Below, piece by piece: positions 10,028 to 19,301 of a stretch of 64,000 bases of DNA. The stretch lies in contig CBDCWP010000043.1 of NCBI GenBank assembly GCA_965223505.1, forward strand, positions 1-64,000. Direction: 5' to 3'. How positions within the stretch are numbered: position 1 is the first letter of the stretch; every line of letters starts with the position of its first letter. The position numbers and the translations under genes are program-made. The DNA comes from Planctomycetota bacterium (GTDB taxonomy: Bacteria; Planctomycetota; PLA2; JAEUHO01). The notes under the pieces were generated by a model. That model saw only the letters and a list, made by a program, of their open reading frames with translations, was not told the origin of the DNA and made no database searches.

Positions 10028-10681
10028 CTAGCCGGCCAGCGTCTCCCGAAGCACCGCGAATCGCGCGGCCCAGTAGGTCTTCCGGCGTTCGATGTCGGCC
10101 TTGTCGGCCAGCTCGTCGTGCTGGATCTGGACCTGGCACTTCGACGCGCCTTTGGCGGTGAAGTAGGCCTGAACCCGTGTGCCGTCGGGCCAGTCGAAGC
10201 GAACCGACTTGTCGACGGACGAGGTGCGCACCGTCGGTTGGTCGTCGAGCCAGCGGTTGCGAATGCGCGCGATGGCGAACGCTTTGTAGAGCGTCGAGAC
10301 GGGGACGGGGAAGGTCTTGCTCTTGTTGGCGACGTAGCTTCCGCCGCGGTGTTGTCCGACGTCGCGCAGGCCGCGAATGCGTTCGTAGCCGACGGTGACG
10401 GACTGCGCCCACCAGGCGGGCGTGTCGTGTTGTTCGCGCAGGAGTTTGGCGATGTCTTTGTGCGGCATGGACGTCGCGCTGGCGCGATCGAGGAGGCGGA
10501 CCCATTGGGTCCAGGTGCGTCCGGTCTTCTCGTGGACTGCTTTGTCGCTGATGCCGGCGATCTTGGCGAGGTCGGCGGGGAGTCGTTTGCGGACGACGTT
10601 GGCGCGAGCTGCGGTGTAGGACTCGCCGGTCTTCTGCATGCGTGTGCGGATGACGCGTTTGAGATCTTTGTTCTTGGGCAT
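10028..10681 (-). CDS. Hypothetical protein: basic N-terminal KTGESYTAAR motif, DUF4287-like and SRPBCC-like domains
   Basis: MPKNKDLKRVIRTRMQKTGESYTAAR; KTGRTW.QW..LLD; WWAQSVTVGYERIRGLR. Confidence 0.7.
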   Translation of the reverse strand: MPKNKDLKRVIRTRMQKTGESYTAARANVVRKRLPADLAKIAGISDKAVHEKTGRTWTQWVRLLDRASATSMPHKDIAKLLREQHDTPAWWAQSVTVGYERIRGLRDVGQHRGGSYVANKSKTFPVPVSTLYKAFAIARIRNRWLDDQPTVRTSSVDKSVRFDWPDGTRVQAYFTAKGASKCQVQIQHDELADKADIERRKTYWAARFAVLRETLAG

Positions 10682-10712
10682 GACGGTTTCCTTCGTGGCC
10701 ACAGGAGCGACG

Positions 10713-10811
10713 CTCCCCAGCAGCGAGGCTCGTGCGGCGGGCACGAGGGTGTCGTCGATGCCGATCCGGGGGTATGCCCCCCTTTGCCTCGCGGGGGCCC
10801 TTGCTGGGGAG
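10713..10811 (-). ncRNA. Candidate structured leader RNA
   Basis: Nested perfect helices 10713-22/10802-11 and 10723-29/10786-92 enclosing two hairpins. Confidence 0.5.
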
Positions 10812-10938
10812 GGGCCTCGAGGTTGGGCGTGGATCAACGCCGGGGTTCGATGATAGGTCGAAGTGCCTATGGTGTGAACCGTTGGGAGGGGGTTGCCGGT
10901 CTGCGGGGGGTGGCGTACGGTTTCGCGACCTCTTTCAC

Positions 10939-11037
10939 GGGAGAGGATGGCGGACTGGTGTCCCCCTCGGTCTTCAAAACCGCTGTGTCGTTGGGCAACC
11001 TGCGATAGGAGGGTTCGATTCCCTTGCTCTCCCGCCA
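10939..11037 (+). tRNA. selC: tRNA-Sec (anticodon UCA)
   Basis: GGGAGAG/CTCTCCC acceptor stem, CTTCAAA anticodon loop, long variable arm with GCAA loop, GGTTCGATTCC T-arm, GCCA end; 99 nt. Confidence 0.93.
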
Positions 11038-11042
11038 CCTAT

Positions 11043-12293
11043 CTACTGGGCTTTGGGCAGGATGTGATCCACGCGTTTAGTGGGAGGCACGGCGCACCCG
11101 TACAAGCAGTGCCCACCAAAGTGCCCACCAGTGGATCCGGCCACCAGAGCCTCAATGCGTTCCTCCACGCGGTCCGCGTCCAGGTTGAGCTCGAGGATCC
11201 TGTCCAGCGCCTCTACAGCCTTCTTGCCCGCCTCGGGTGCGAAGTGGGCGTAGCGCATCGTCACTTGGATCGTCTCGTGGCCAAGCACCTTGGCAACGTC
11301 GAAGATGGGAACCCCGGCGGCGACCATGAGGGACGCAGCCGTGTGCCGAAGCACGTGCGTGGTGATCTTCGGCTTCTTGTGTGCAGGAATCTCGTCACAT
11401 GCCTGGACTGCGTTCGCGATGTCAAGGCGCAACATCGAGTGCGTGTAAACCGTCCCATCCAAGGCCGCGACGACCTGTCGATCAGGTGATCGGCGACGAT
11501 TCCCTAGAGTGAGGGCATGCCGGGATACTTCGGCGCGTAGCGTGGCGTTCATCCGGATCGTGCGGGGGCGGTGGTTCTTCGGATCCTCGACGAGGAGGGT
11601 CCCTTGTTCTAGGTCGATGGCCCGCCAACAGAGGCCCAGGATTTCCCCTCGCCGCATGCCCGTATTGAGTGCGATCACCAGAAACAGGCGCAGTCGCTCG
11701 GCAGCGGCGGCGACGAGTCCTCGCGCTTCAGCGGCCGTGAGATAGGTCTCGCGACCGCGAGGTGTACGCAGGCGCCGGACGCCCTGAACCGGGTTCTTCT
11801 CCGCAAGGCCGCGCTCGAGAGCCCAGCGGAAGAGGGCACTCGTGACCGCCAGGCCGTTGTTGACGGTCTGAGGTGATACGGAACTCTTCGCTCGTGCATC
11901 CATCCAGCGAACGATGTCGCGGCGTTCGATCTCATCGAGGAGCTTGGCGGTCCACTCCTCGCGCGCGATCATGGCCAAGAGCTTCCGGTACCCGTAGACG
12001 GTGTTGGGCCGGCGGTTGGCCTCGGCGTACTCGAGGTACTGCGGAACCGCGTCGCGGAATGTGATCTGGCCAGGAAGCGGGTCGCCGAAGACTTGATTCA
12101 GGACGACTTCGATCGGGGTGCGCTCGGCAAGGAGGTGTTGCACCCGGACAAGCAATCGCTTGGCAATCTCCTTCGTTGGCCCAGCTGGGCGGTCGTAGCG
12201 TTTGCGCGCCGCGCCCTGGCCGGCTCGAAAGCGGACGTAGTACTTCGAAGACCGAGAACGCCAGTAGATGCTCCCGAAGTCGCGCCTCCCCAT
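11043..12293 (-). CDS. Tyrosine recombinase / phage-type integrase
   Basis: NTGMRRGEI (R), DPKN (K), HVLRH (HxxR), LGH, MRYAH (Y); N-terminal GSIY arm-binding-like segment; RBS AAGGAGG. Confidence 0.95.
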   Translation of the reverse strand: MGRRDFGSIYWRSRSSKYYVRFRAGQGAARKRYDRPAGPTKEIAKRLLVRVQHLLAERTPIEVVLNQVFGDPLPGQITFRDAVPQYLEYAEANRRPNTVYGYRKLLAMIAREEWTAKLLDEIERRDIVRWMDARAKSSVSPQTVNNGLAVTSALFRWALERGLAEKNPVQGVRRLRTPRGRETYLTAAEARGLVAAAAERLRLFLVIALNTGMRRGEILGLCWRAIDLEQGTLLVEDPKNHRPRTIRMNATLRAEVSRHALTLGNRRRSPDRQVVAALDGTVYTHSMLRLDIANAVQACDEIPAHKKPKITTHVLRHTAASLMVAAGVPIFDVAKVLGHETIQVTMRYAHFAPEAGKKAVEALDRILELNLDADRVEERIEALVAGSTGGHFGGHCLYGCAVPPTKRVDHILPKAQ

Positions 12294-12306
12294 GACAACC
12301 CTCCTT

Positions 12307-12510
12307 CTACGAAACCACGCCCTCTTGGTTGTCGAACCAGCGCAGGAAAGTGGTCCTGCGGATCACCCAGCGCTTGCCCTGCTGGTTCCAGCCCGGTGCG
12401 TCACGCCGAAGACGAATGCGCTTTCGCATCGCCGGTGTGCGGACTCCATAGAACGCCGCAACGTCCTCGACATACAGCAGGTCGACCTCTGGTAGTCGTG
12501 CCCGGGGGAC
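12307..12510 (-). CDS. Excisionase-like helix-turn-helix ORF without a clear in-frame start (absent from the ORF track)
   Basis: Manual translation: VPRARLPEVDLLYVEDVAAFYGVRTPAMRKRIRLRRDAPGWNQQGKRWVIRRTTFLRWFDNQEGVVS*; ends just before the integrase RBS. Confidence 0.6.
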   Translation of the reverse strand, partial: VPRARLPEVDLLYVEDVAAFYGVRTPAMRKRIRLRRDAPGWNQQGKRWVIRRTTFLRWFDNQEGVVS

Positions 12511-12523
12511 ACTCTCCTTCCGG

Positions 12524-12868
12524 TCAGCTGCAGCCCGCCCAAAGTCGCATTGCTCCTCGTACCTTGCGGCGTCGGCGCTGCGCGTTCTCCGTCAGAAGGA
12601 CAGCCAGGGCAGCCTTGTCGTCCTCGGGGTCGAGCACGATGCAGGGAGCGTCCTTGGCCTTGAGCGCCTTCAGCGCAGCGTGGCGTCGGTGGCCGGCGAG
12701 GATCTCGTAGCCCGCTCCGTTGCGTTTAACGACAAGCGGCTGGAGCAGGCCGTGCTCGCGGATGCTCGCGATCAAGTCCGCCAAGTCGGCCTTGCGGTAC
12801 TCGCCCTTGTGACGGGCGTTCTGTGCGTGTCGCTTCAGGTGCGACAGAGGCAGGGATTCGGTCTTCAT
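12524..12868 (-). pseudogene. ParB/Srx N-terminal domain, apparently truncated
   Basis: LIASIREHGLLQPLVV, ILAGHRRHAA, ENAQR, then similarity is lost and the frame stops. Confidence 0.75.
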
Positions 12869-13015
12869 GCACTTCCTCCTCATGGAATGACGACGATTGG
12901 GACGGAGCGCTGCGAAGTCGGTCTCGCGCTCTACGTGGGCACACGGAGCCCTGAAACTGAGCCCCCGCCGCCTTTCGACTTGTTCCACCCGGCCAGGGGC
13001 GGTTCATTGGCGGCC

Positions 13016-16000
13016 ATGGAGGGAACACGCCTCGGTCCGTACCAGGTTCTCGCCGAGCTCGGCTCGGGCGGGATGGGGAAGGTCTACCGGGCCGAGGTCG
13101 CCGAGGAAGCGCCCGGCTTGGAGACGGGCTGCTCGGTCGCTCTCAAGGTCATCCACGCGCACCTGCTGAGCCAGCCGGGCTTCTTCCAGCGCTTCCTGCG
13201 CGAAGCGGACATTGGGCGTTCGGTCCAGCACGAGAACGTGGTCGAGACCTACGTGGCCGACGCGCTGCTCCACGAAGGCGTGCAACAGAACTTCCTCGTT
13301 ATGGAGTACGTCGAGGGCCAGACGCTGCGCGACCTGCTCGAGGAGCTGGAGCGCGTCCCCGAGGAACTCTGCCGCCACATCGGGCTCGAGGTGGCCAAGG
13401 GGTTGGCCGCGATCCACGAGGCCGGGGTCGTCCACCGCGACATCAAGCCGGAGAACGTGCTCATCACCGAAGCGCACGTCGTCAAGGTGATGGACCTCGG
13501 CGTCGCGCGCCTCCAGGACGAGGCGATCCGTCTGTCGCAGGTCGGAGCGTTCGTGGGGTCACTGGAGTACGCCGCGCCGGAGCAGTTCCGGTCGGCGGAC
13601 GGTGAGCCGGACGGACGCGCCGACCTGCACTCCTTGGGCGTCGTGCTCTACGAGTTGGCGACGGGGCAGCATCCCTACCGCGACGAGGACGCCTCCAGGG
13701 TGCTGCGCAACATCCTCGACGTGGCGCCGAGGAAGGCGGGGGAGGTGAACCCGCAGCTAACGCCGTTCTTCGAGGAGGTCATCGGCACGCTGATCGCCAA
13801 GGACCGCGATGAACGGTTCGCCGATGCGGCCGCCCTCGCGGCCGTGCTGGAGGAGGGCGAGCAGGGCGAGTGGTGGAAGGCACGCGCCAAGGCCCTGCGC
13901 ATCGAGACGCAGCGTCCGCTCCGGCGCATCCGCGTCCCGCGCGAGACGGCGCTCTACGGCCGCGACGATGACCTTGCCAAGTTGCACGCGCTCTTCGACA
14001 AGGCCAAGGCCGGTGACGGGCAAGTGCTCCTCATCGAGGGTGAGGCGGGCATCGGCAAGACGCGCCTCGTGGACGAGTTCGTCGGGCGGCTGAGGCAAGA
14101 TGGCGAAGACATCAACTTCCTCTTCGGCAGCTACCCGCCGGGCGGTGCGGCGACGGCGGCCGGGGCGTTCTCCGAGGCGTATCGCGCGCAGTTCGGCGAG
14201 GAGGGCTCGGCGCCCTGGCTCTCGCAGACGCCGATCCTTGTGCCCGCCTTCGATGCGCTGCTTCGGGGTGAACCCGCGCCCAAGGGCGCAGAACCCCTCA
14301 CGAAGGACTCGCTCGGGACGGTCTTCGTGCATGCGACGCGGAACCTCGCGGCTGAACGTCCGACGATCGTGCTTATCGACGACTTGCACTTCGCGCCCGA
14401 GGATGCGCGATCGCTGTTCATGACGTTGGCGCTCGCGGCGCCGGGTCATCCGGTCCTGCTCGTGGGGACGATGAGGCCGGGTGTAGACGAATCGTGGATC
14501 TCCAACGTGACTCGGTTGGACCATGCATCACACACAACGCTGTCGCGTCTGGGGCCGAAGGACCTGACGCGACTCTTGAAGGATGCCTTCCGATCCGAGC
14601 GTCTGGCCGAGGAGCTAGGCTTCAAGATTGCCGAGAAGTCTGACGGCAACCCGTTCTTCGCCTTCGAGATCATCCGAGGACTTCGCGAGGGGCAGTTCAT
14701 CACCCAGCAGCCTGACGGCACGTGGGTCAGCACGCAGGTAATCGATGACATCCAGATCCCTTCATCGGTGATGGATCTCGTCAAGGCACGTATCTCCGAC
14801 CTGACTCAGGTGGAGCGCGATCTACTCGACGTGGCGTCGTGTTGTGGCTTCGAGTTCGACCCCGGGCTGCTTGCCACCGTCGTTGGCCAAGGCCGAATCC
14901 CCGTGCTCAAGAGCCTTGCGCAGATCGAGCGTGCCCACCGGCTCGTCCGGTCACAGGGGCGCAGCTTCGTCTTCGACCATCACCAAGTGCAGGAAGCGAT
15001 CTATGGCAGCTTGCCGGAGATGCTGCGTGAGGAGTACCACGCCGCCCTCGCTGACGCGGTGGAGATGCGCGCGCAGGCTGCCGAGAGGGACCCGGAGGAT
15101 CTTGACGGCGCGCTGTGCGTGGATCTGTGCGAGCACTTCCTCAAGGGCGGGCAAGGAGAACGCGCGCTTCGCTACCTCGACGCAGGGCTCGACCACTTGG
15201 AGAAGGGCTACCTCAACGACCAAGCCATTGCGCTGGCGGACCGTGCCCTGGGTGAGCGAGGCTTGCTCGGGGGTGCTCGGCGTGTGGAGATGCTGCTCCG
15301 GATGAACGCACGCTTAGATCTGCTGGGGCGGAGGCGCACCCAGGAGGCCGTGCTGGAGGAGGCTCACACGCTCGCGGAGGGACAGAGGGCCAAGGACCTA
15401 CTGATGAGGGTGACGACTGCCATTGGGAGCTTTCTCCGCCTGACAGGTCGCCAAGAGGAGGCCTGGCAGAAACACGAGCACAGCCTCGAAATCGCCCGCG
15501 ACATCGGAGACCGCAAGGGCGAGGCCGACGCGAGGGGGCATCTGGGCGGTCTGTGCTGGAGCCTTGGCCGCTACGAGGAGGCCAGGGAGCACGACGAGCG
15601 GCGTCTCGCGATTGCTTGTGAGATCGGGGACCGCGTAGGTGAGGCTACGGCCACAGGTGGCCTCGCTCTTGTGTTCGTCGAACTCGGCCGCTACGAGGAG
15701 GCTAGGAAGCATCACTCACGAAGTCTCGCCATCGCCCGCCAGATCGGCGACCGGCTGGGCGAGGGCGTTGCTACAGGGAACCTTGGCGTTGTCGCAGCCT
15801 GCCAGAGTCGCTACGACGAGGCCATAAGGCACCACGACCGGCACTTGGCGATCGCCCGCGATATCGGCTACCGACGGGGTGAGGGCATCGCTAGGGGGAA
15901 TCTGGGCCACATCTACACGAATCTCGGTCGCTACAAGGAGGCCAAGGAGCAGTTTGATCGACGTCTGGGTATCGCCCGCGAGATTGGAGATCGACAGGGC

Positions 16001-16639
16001 GAGGCCATCGCCGTGTTTAACCTGGGCGCCCTGTCTATGGCACTCGGAGAAGTAGGCGAGGCGCGCGGCGCGTTTGGAGCATCCCTGGCGATCTGTCGCG
16101 AGACCCGTACCCACGTCTTGGAGGGGCACGTACTCCACGGTCTCGCAGCGCTCGCCCAAGAGGAGGGTGATTGGGGCGGAGCTTCCGACCTAGCAAGCCA
16201 AGCGCTGGCTGTGCGCCAGAAGACTGGCGTCGCTGGCGTGGCCGACTCACTCGTGCAACTTGGCGAGTCCTACTGCAAGAACGGAAACGCCGACGAGGCT
16301 CGGAGCGCGCTACAGGAAGCCGTGGATCTGCTACGTCAACAGCATCGCAAACCAGAACTCGCTCACGCCCTCAGCCTTCTCGCCAACCTCTCTGATGGCG
16401 ACGCCGACGCAGCCGAAGCAGCCCTGGAAGAAGCAGAAGAAGCAGGCAACACGCCCCAGACGCGCTACTACCTCTGGAAGGCCACCTGCAATCACGAGCA
16501 CCTCGCCGAAGCAAAGCACCTCCTCGACAACCTCATCGAGCACGCCCCCGAGGAGTGCCGCGAGTCGATGTTGAAGAACGTGCGACTGAACCGCGAGATC
16601 ATGGAGGCGTGGGAGGAGCACGGGGGCGAGGAGGCGTAG
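13016..16639 (+). CDS. Ser/Thr kinase - AAA ATPase (STAND-like) - TPR protein
   Basis: LGSGGMGKV, HRDIKPEN, MDLG; Walker A GEAGIGKT, Walker B LIDDLH; GNPFF; 40-aa repeats (AR.IGDR.GE..A.GNLG). Confidence 0.9.
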   Translation: MEGTRLGPYQVLAELGSGGMGKVYRAEVAEEAPGLETGCSVALKVIHAHLLSQPGFFQRFLREADIGRSVQHENVVETYVADALLHEGVQQNFLVMEYVEGQTLRDLLEELERVPEELCRHIGLEVAKGLAAIHEAGVVHRDIKPENVLITEAHVVKVMDLGVARLQDEAIRLSQVGAFVGSLEYAAPEQFRSADGEPDGRADLHSLGVVLYELATGQHPYRDEDASRVLRNILDVAPRKAGEVNPQLTPFFEEVIGTLIAKDRDERFADAAALAAVLEEGEQGEWWKARAKALRIETQRPLRRIRVPRETALYGRDDDLAKLHALFDKAKAGDGQVLLIEGEAGIGKTRLVDEFVGRLRQDGEDINFLFGSYPPGGAATAAGAFSEAYRAQFGEEGSAPWLSQTPILVPAFDALLRGEPAPKGAEPLTKDSLGTVFVHATRNLAAERPTIVLIDDLHFAPEDARSLFMTLALAAPGHPVLLVGTMRPGVDESWISNVTRLDHASHTTLSRLGPKDLTRLLKDAFRSERLAEELGFKIAEKSDGNPFFAFEIIRGLREGQFITQQPDGTWVSTQVIDDIQIPSSVMDLVKARISDLTQVERDLLDVASCCGFEFDPGLLATVVGQGRIPVLKSLAQIERAHRLVRSQGRSFVFDHHQVQEAIYGSLPEMLREEYHAALADAVEMRAQAAERDPEDLDGALCVDLCEHFLKGGQGERALRYLDAGLDHLEKGYLNDQAIALADRALGERGLLGGARRVEMLLRMNARLDLLGRRRTQEAVLEEAHTLAEGQRAKDLLMRVTTAIGSFLRLTGRQEEAWQKHEHSLEIARDIGDRKGEADARGHLGGLCWSLGRYEEAREHDERRLAIACEIGDRVGEATATGGLALVFVELGRYEEARKHHSRSLAIARQIGDRLGEGVATGNLGVVAACQSRYDEAIRHHDRHLAIARDIGYRRGEGIARGNLGHIYTNLGRYKEAKEQFDRRLGIAREIGDRQGEAIAVFNLGALSMALGEVGEARGAFGASLAICRETRTHVLEGHVLHGLAALAQEEGDWGGASDLASQALAVRQKTGVAGVADSLVQLGESYCKNGNADEARSALQEAVDLLRQQHRKPELAHALSLLANLSDGDADAAEAALEEAEEAGNTPQTRYYLWKATCNHEHLAEAKHLLDNLIEHAPEECRESMLKNVRLNREIMEAWEEHGGEEA

Positions 16640-16644
16640 TCCAC

Positions 16645-16932
16645 CTACGGACGGCACGCCCCGCAGGGCTGCCGCCCATCACGAGTGGCATCCTCTCGTG
16701 ACTCGCAGCCAACCAGGTTGCCAGCCGTGATCTTCTTGGCCCACTGGCAACTCGCCTCGTGGTACTTGTGGCTCCACTTGCTCGCGACAAAGGGCTGGCT
16801 GCGAGCTGCCTGTCCGCGAACAGCGGCATGGGCGGTTGGGAAGTTGGTGCGGTGCCTGGAGGAAGCGTCGCCTCCGTACGAGGCGAGGACGATCATCAGG
16901 CTGAGGGTGAACGCGAAGAGGATGGGTCGCAT
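16645..16932 (-). CDS. Small exported protein with Ada-type metal-binding domain
   Basis: FVAS..S.KYH...C..AK.I...N ... G..PCGACRP. Confidence 0.7.
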   Translation of the reverse strand: MRPILFAFTLSLMIVLASYGGDASSRHRTNFPTAHAAVRGQAARSQPFVASKWSHKYHEASCQWAKKITAGNLVGCESREDATRDGRQPCGACRP

Positions 16933-16940
16933 GGCTTCTC

Positions 16941-18029
16941 CTACGGCTGCACCGTGGCGGCCAGGATGTGCCCAGCGAGGGCACCGACACGACTGCGGTT
17001 CTCTGCATGGGCGTAGGCCTTGGCCGCGCTCGTGATCCCGTTGACCACGCCCCACACGCTCAGGTCACCGGGGTTCTCGGGCTCACGCACGAGGTGCACG
17101 ACCTCCCGAGCATCGGCCTGTGACAGCTTGAACTCCCGGTTCAAGCGCTTCACAGCCAGCTCCTCCTCGTTCGGCCCCTCCGGCACGAATCTCGTGTCCT
17201 TGGCCCGCTGGAAGACGTCATACTCGGCCGCGGTGATGGTCGTCCCGATGCGGACGAGGTTCTCGTGGAACTCCCGCACGACCTCCATGACGGTGCCCAT
17301 GTGGCGCACACGCCGGCTCTTGATGCCCGTGGCGTCCCAGATCAGGAAGTTGGCGCACATCTCCCGGAAGTAGAAGGTCGAGAAGCCGAAGCTCTTGGCC
17401 CCCACCTCGCTGTTGAAGACCATCACGCCCTTCCGAAGACCTCCGAAGCCGTCGTCTCCCGGCTCCTGGTCGGAGTAGAAGAAGGCAAACAGGTCCCGGT
17501 CACTACGGAACAGCGCGGGCTTGGTGTTGCCCATCAGGTTGGTACCGTGCTCGTCGGTGTTGATCGTCGGCATCGCAGGGATGAACCCCGATCCAATGAG
17601 CCACCGATCGACCTCCTCGAGGATGTCTGCGTCCCACACACGCTCGTAGCGGTCGCTGGTGACGCAGCGCAGGCGGTCGCCGTCGACCAGGGCCACCTTG
17701 TAGCGGCGGTTCCTCGGGAAGGTCTGATTGAGAACCCTCGCGCGAGTCTCACCGTTCAGGCGCTCCAGCACGGGCATCGGAACCTTGGCCATCGAGGCGA
17801 GCTGCCCGAGGCCGTAGGGCGTGAGCCGAAGGGTGGCCTCGCCAAAGTGGACGGATCTCCCGTCCTCCGAGAACAGGATCTTGTCGTCTCGGGCGTCCAC
17901 CGTCGCACAACGCTGGCGCTGATCCGACGCGTCAGAGAGCAGAGCCGGGAAGCTCTCGAAGTGCTCCTCGGGGGGCCTCGTGAACAGATTGTCCCTTGCT
18001 TGAGTGAGCAGGACCACGGCAGTCTCCAT
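16941..18029 (-). CDS. DUF932-like mobile-element protein
   Basis: LFTRPPEEHF, TSDRYERVWD, LFRSDRDLF.F, GVMVFNSEVG.KS, C.N..IW, WGVVNGIT. Confidence 0.65.
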   Translation of the reverse strand: METAVVLLTQARDNLFTRPPEEHFESFPALLSDASDQRQRCATVDARDDKILFSEDGRSVHFGEATLRLTPYGLGQLASMAKVPMPVLERLNGETRARVLNQTFPRNRRYKVALVDGDRLRCVTSDRYERVWDADILEEVDRWLIGSGFIPAMPTINTDEHGTNLMGNTKPALFRSDRDLFAFFYSDQEPGDDGFGGLRKGVMVFNSEVGAKSFGFSTFYFREMCANFLIWDATGIKSRRVRHMGTVMEVVREFHENLVRIGTTITAAEYDVFQRAKDTRFVPEGPNEEELAVKRLNREFKLSQADAREVVHLVREPENPGDLSVWGVVNGITSAAKAYAHAENRSRVGALAGHILAATVQP

Positions 18030-18088
18030 CTGGGCCTCTGGCCCGGTTCTTGATTCACTGGATGACGACGAAGTGCAGGAGACGATCC

Positions 18089-18517
18089 ATGGGCACGCCA
18101 GCACGCACCCCACCGGGGCTCGACCGCAGCCAGATCGAAGCGGCCCTGCGTCTCTTCGAGAGCATGGAGCAATGGAAGCGAACCGACCGCGCCCTTGCCC
18201 TGCTGGCAGATCGCTTCCCGACTCACGACCCTGAGTCAGTGCTGCTGAAGGCCTCGGTCCTGAACAGCCTCTACAGCACAGGCGTCCTCGCCATCGTTCG
18301 CATGGCGGAGCACATGGCCTCGGTGCTAGAGGGCATCGACACCGCAACCGTTGGGCCCGAGGTCATCGAGGATCTAGCGGTGCTTCCCGCCCTGGATGCA
18401 GGCGCGAAGCCCCGCCACAACGTCAGCCTGGCCTCGAAGTACGCCCACATCTTCATCAGCGAGGAGCGTTTCAGCGAACGTCCTCCCGGACATCTTGCGG
18501 GGTTGGTTCGGTCCTGA
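18089..18517 (+). pseudogene. Hypothetical protein fragment
   Basis: VLLKASVLNSLYST...SLASKYAHIF looks like a conserved domain cut off at about 18470. Confidence 0.4.
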
Positions 18518-19064
18518 TGCCGGTCTGCCAGGTACGAACTACCACGTGAGGTTCGTGGTTTCCGGAGACGCCTGGGTGCTTGAGCCTGAGCAGAAGGATG
18601 ACGGGCCAGGAGTTGAGTTCGAAGTAGATCGCGCATATCCCCGGACTCAGGTCGCTGAGCTCTTGGGCCGGCCGTACCGTGCGCCCCTCTGGGAACGCGG
18701 TCTTGTTACAGATGTGCCTGACCAACTGCTCCTATTCGTCAATCTTGACAAGGCTGGGATGCCTGAAGAGCACCAGTACGAGGACGGCTTTCGCGATCGC
18801 GAGACCTTTGCCTGGCAGAGCCCTGGTGGTCTTGCTCAGGAGTACAAGCAAGGCCGCAGGCTTCGCAATCACGAGTCTCTGGGCCTGCCGGTTCGTCTCT
18901 TTGTGCGTAAGGCCGCTAAGCTGGGCGGCAAGACCGCGCCCTTTGTCTACTGCGGCCGACTCACGTTCCTTGATTGGCACGGCGAGAAGCCGATCAGCGT
19001 CAGCTGGAGGCTCGACCCGCCGCTGTCTGATCGGCTGGTTCGCACCTTCGACCTGCAGTTTTAG
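18474..19064 (+). pseudogene. DUF3427-like C-terminal fragment
   Basis: ILRGWFGPDAG.PGT, LLFVNLDK, Y.D.F....F.WQS, LFVRK, PFVYCG; no convincing start of its own. Confidence 0.6.
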
Positions 19065-19301
19065 TGCGGGTGCGTGGCGCCAGGGCGCTCGTGTGCCTCA
19101 TCTGATCAACGCTCGGGGCCCGCAGAGGGGCACACTCAGAGCCTCAGCATCTCGCGATCGGCCTAAGCGGCGCAGGCATAGACGCTTTCGGCGGCAGCCG
19201 TCTAACCCTCATCGGTCTTCATCTCCCGTGCGCGGATGGCTCGTCGGTCTCGCGCCAAGTGACCCCGCGCCATACCCTCTGGGCTCGACGAGGAGGTATG
19301 G

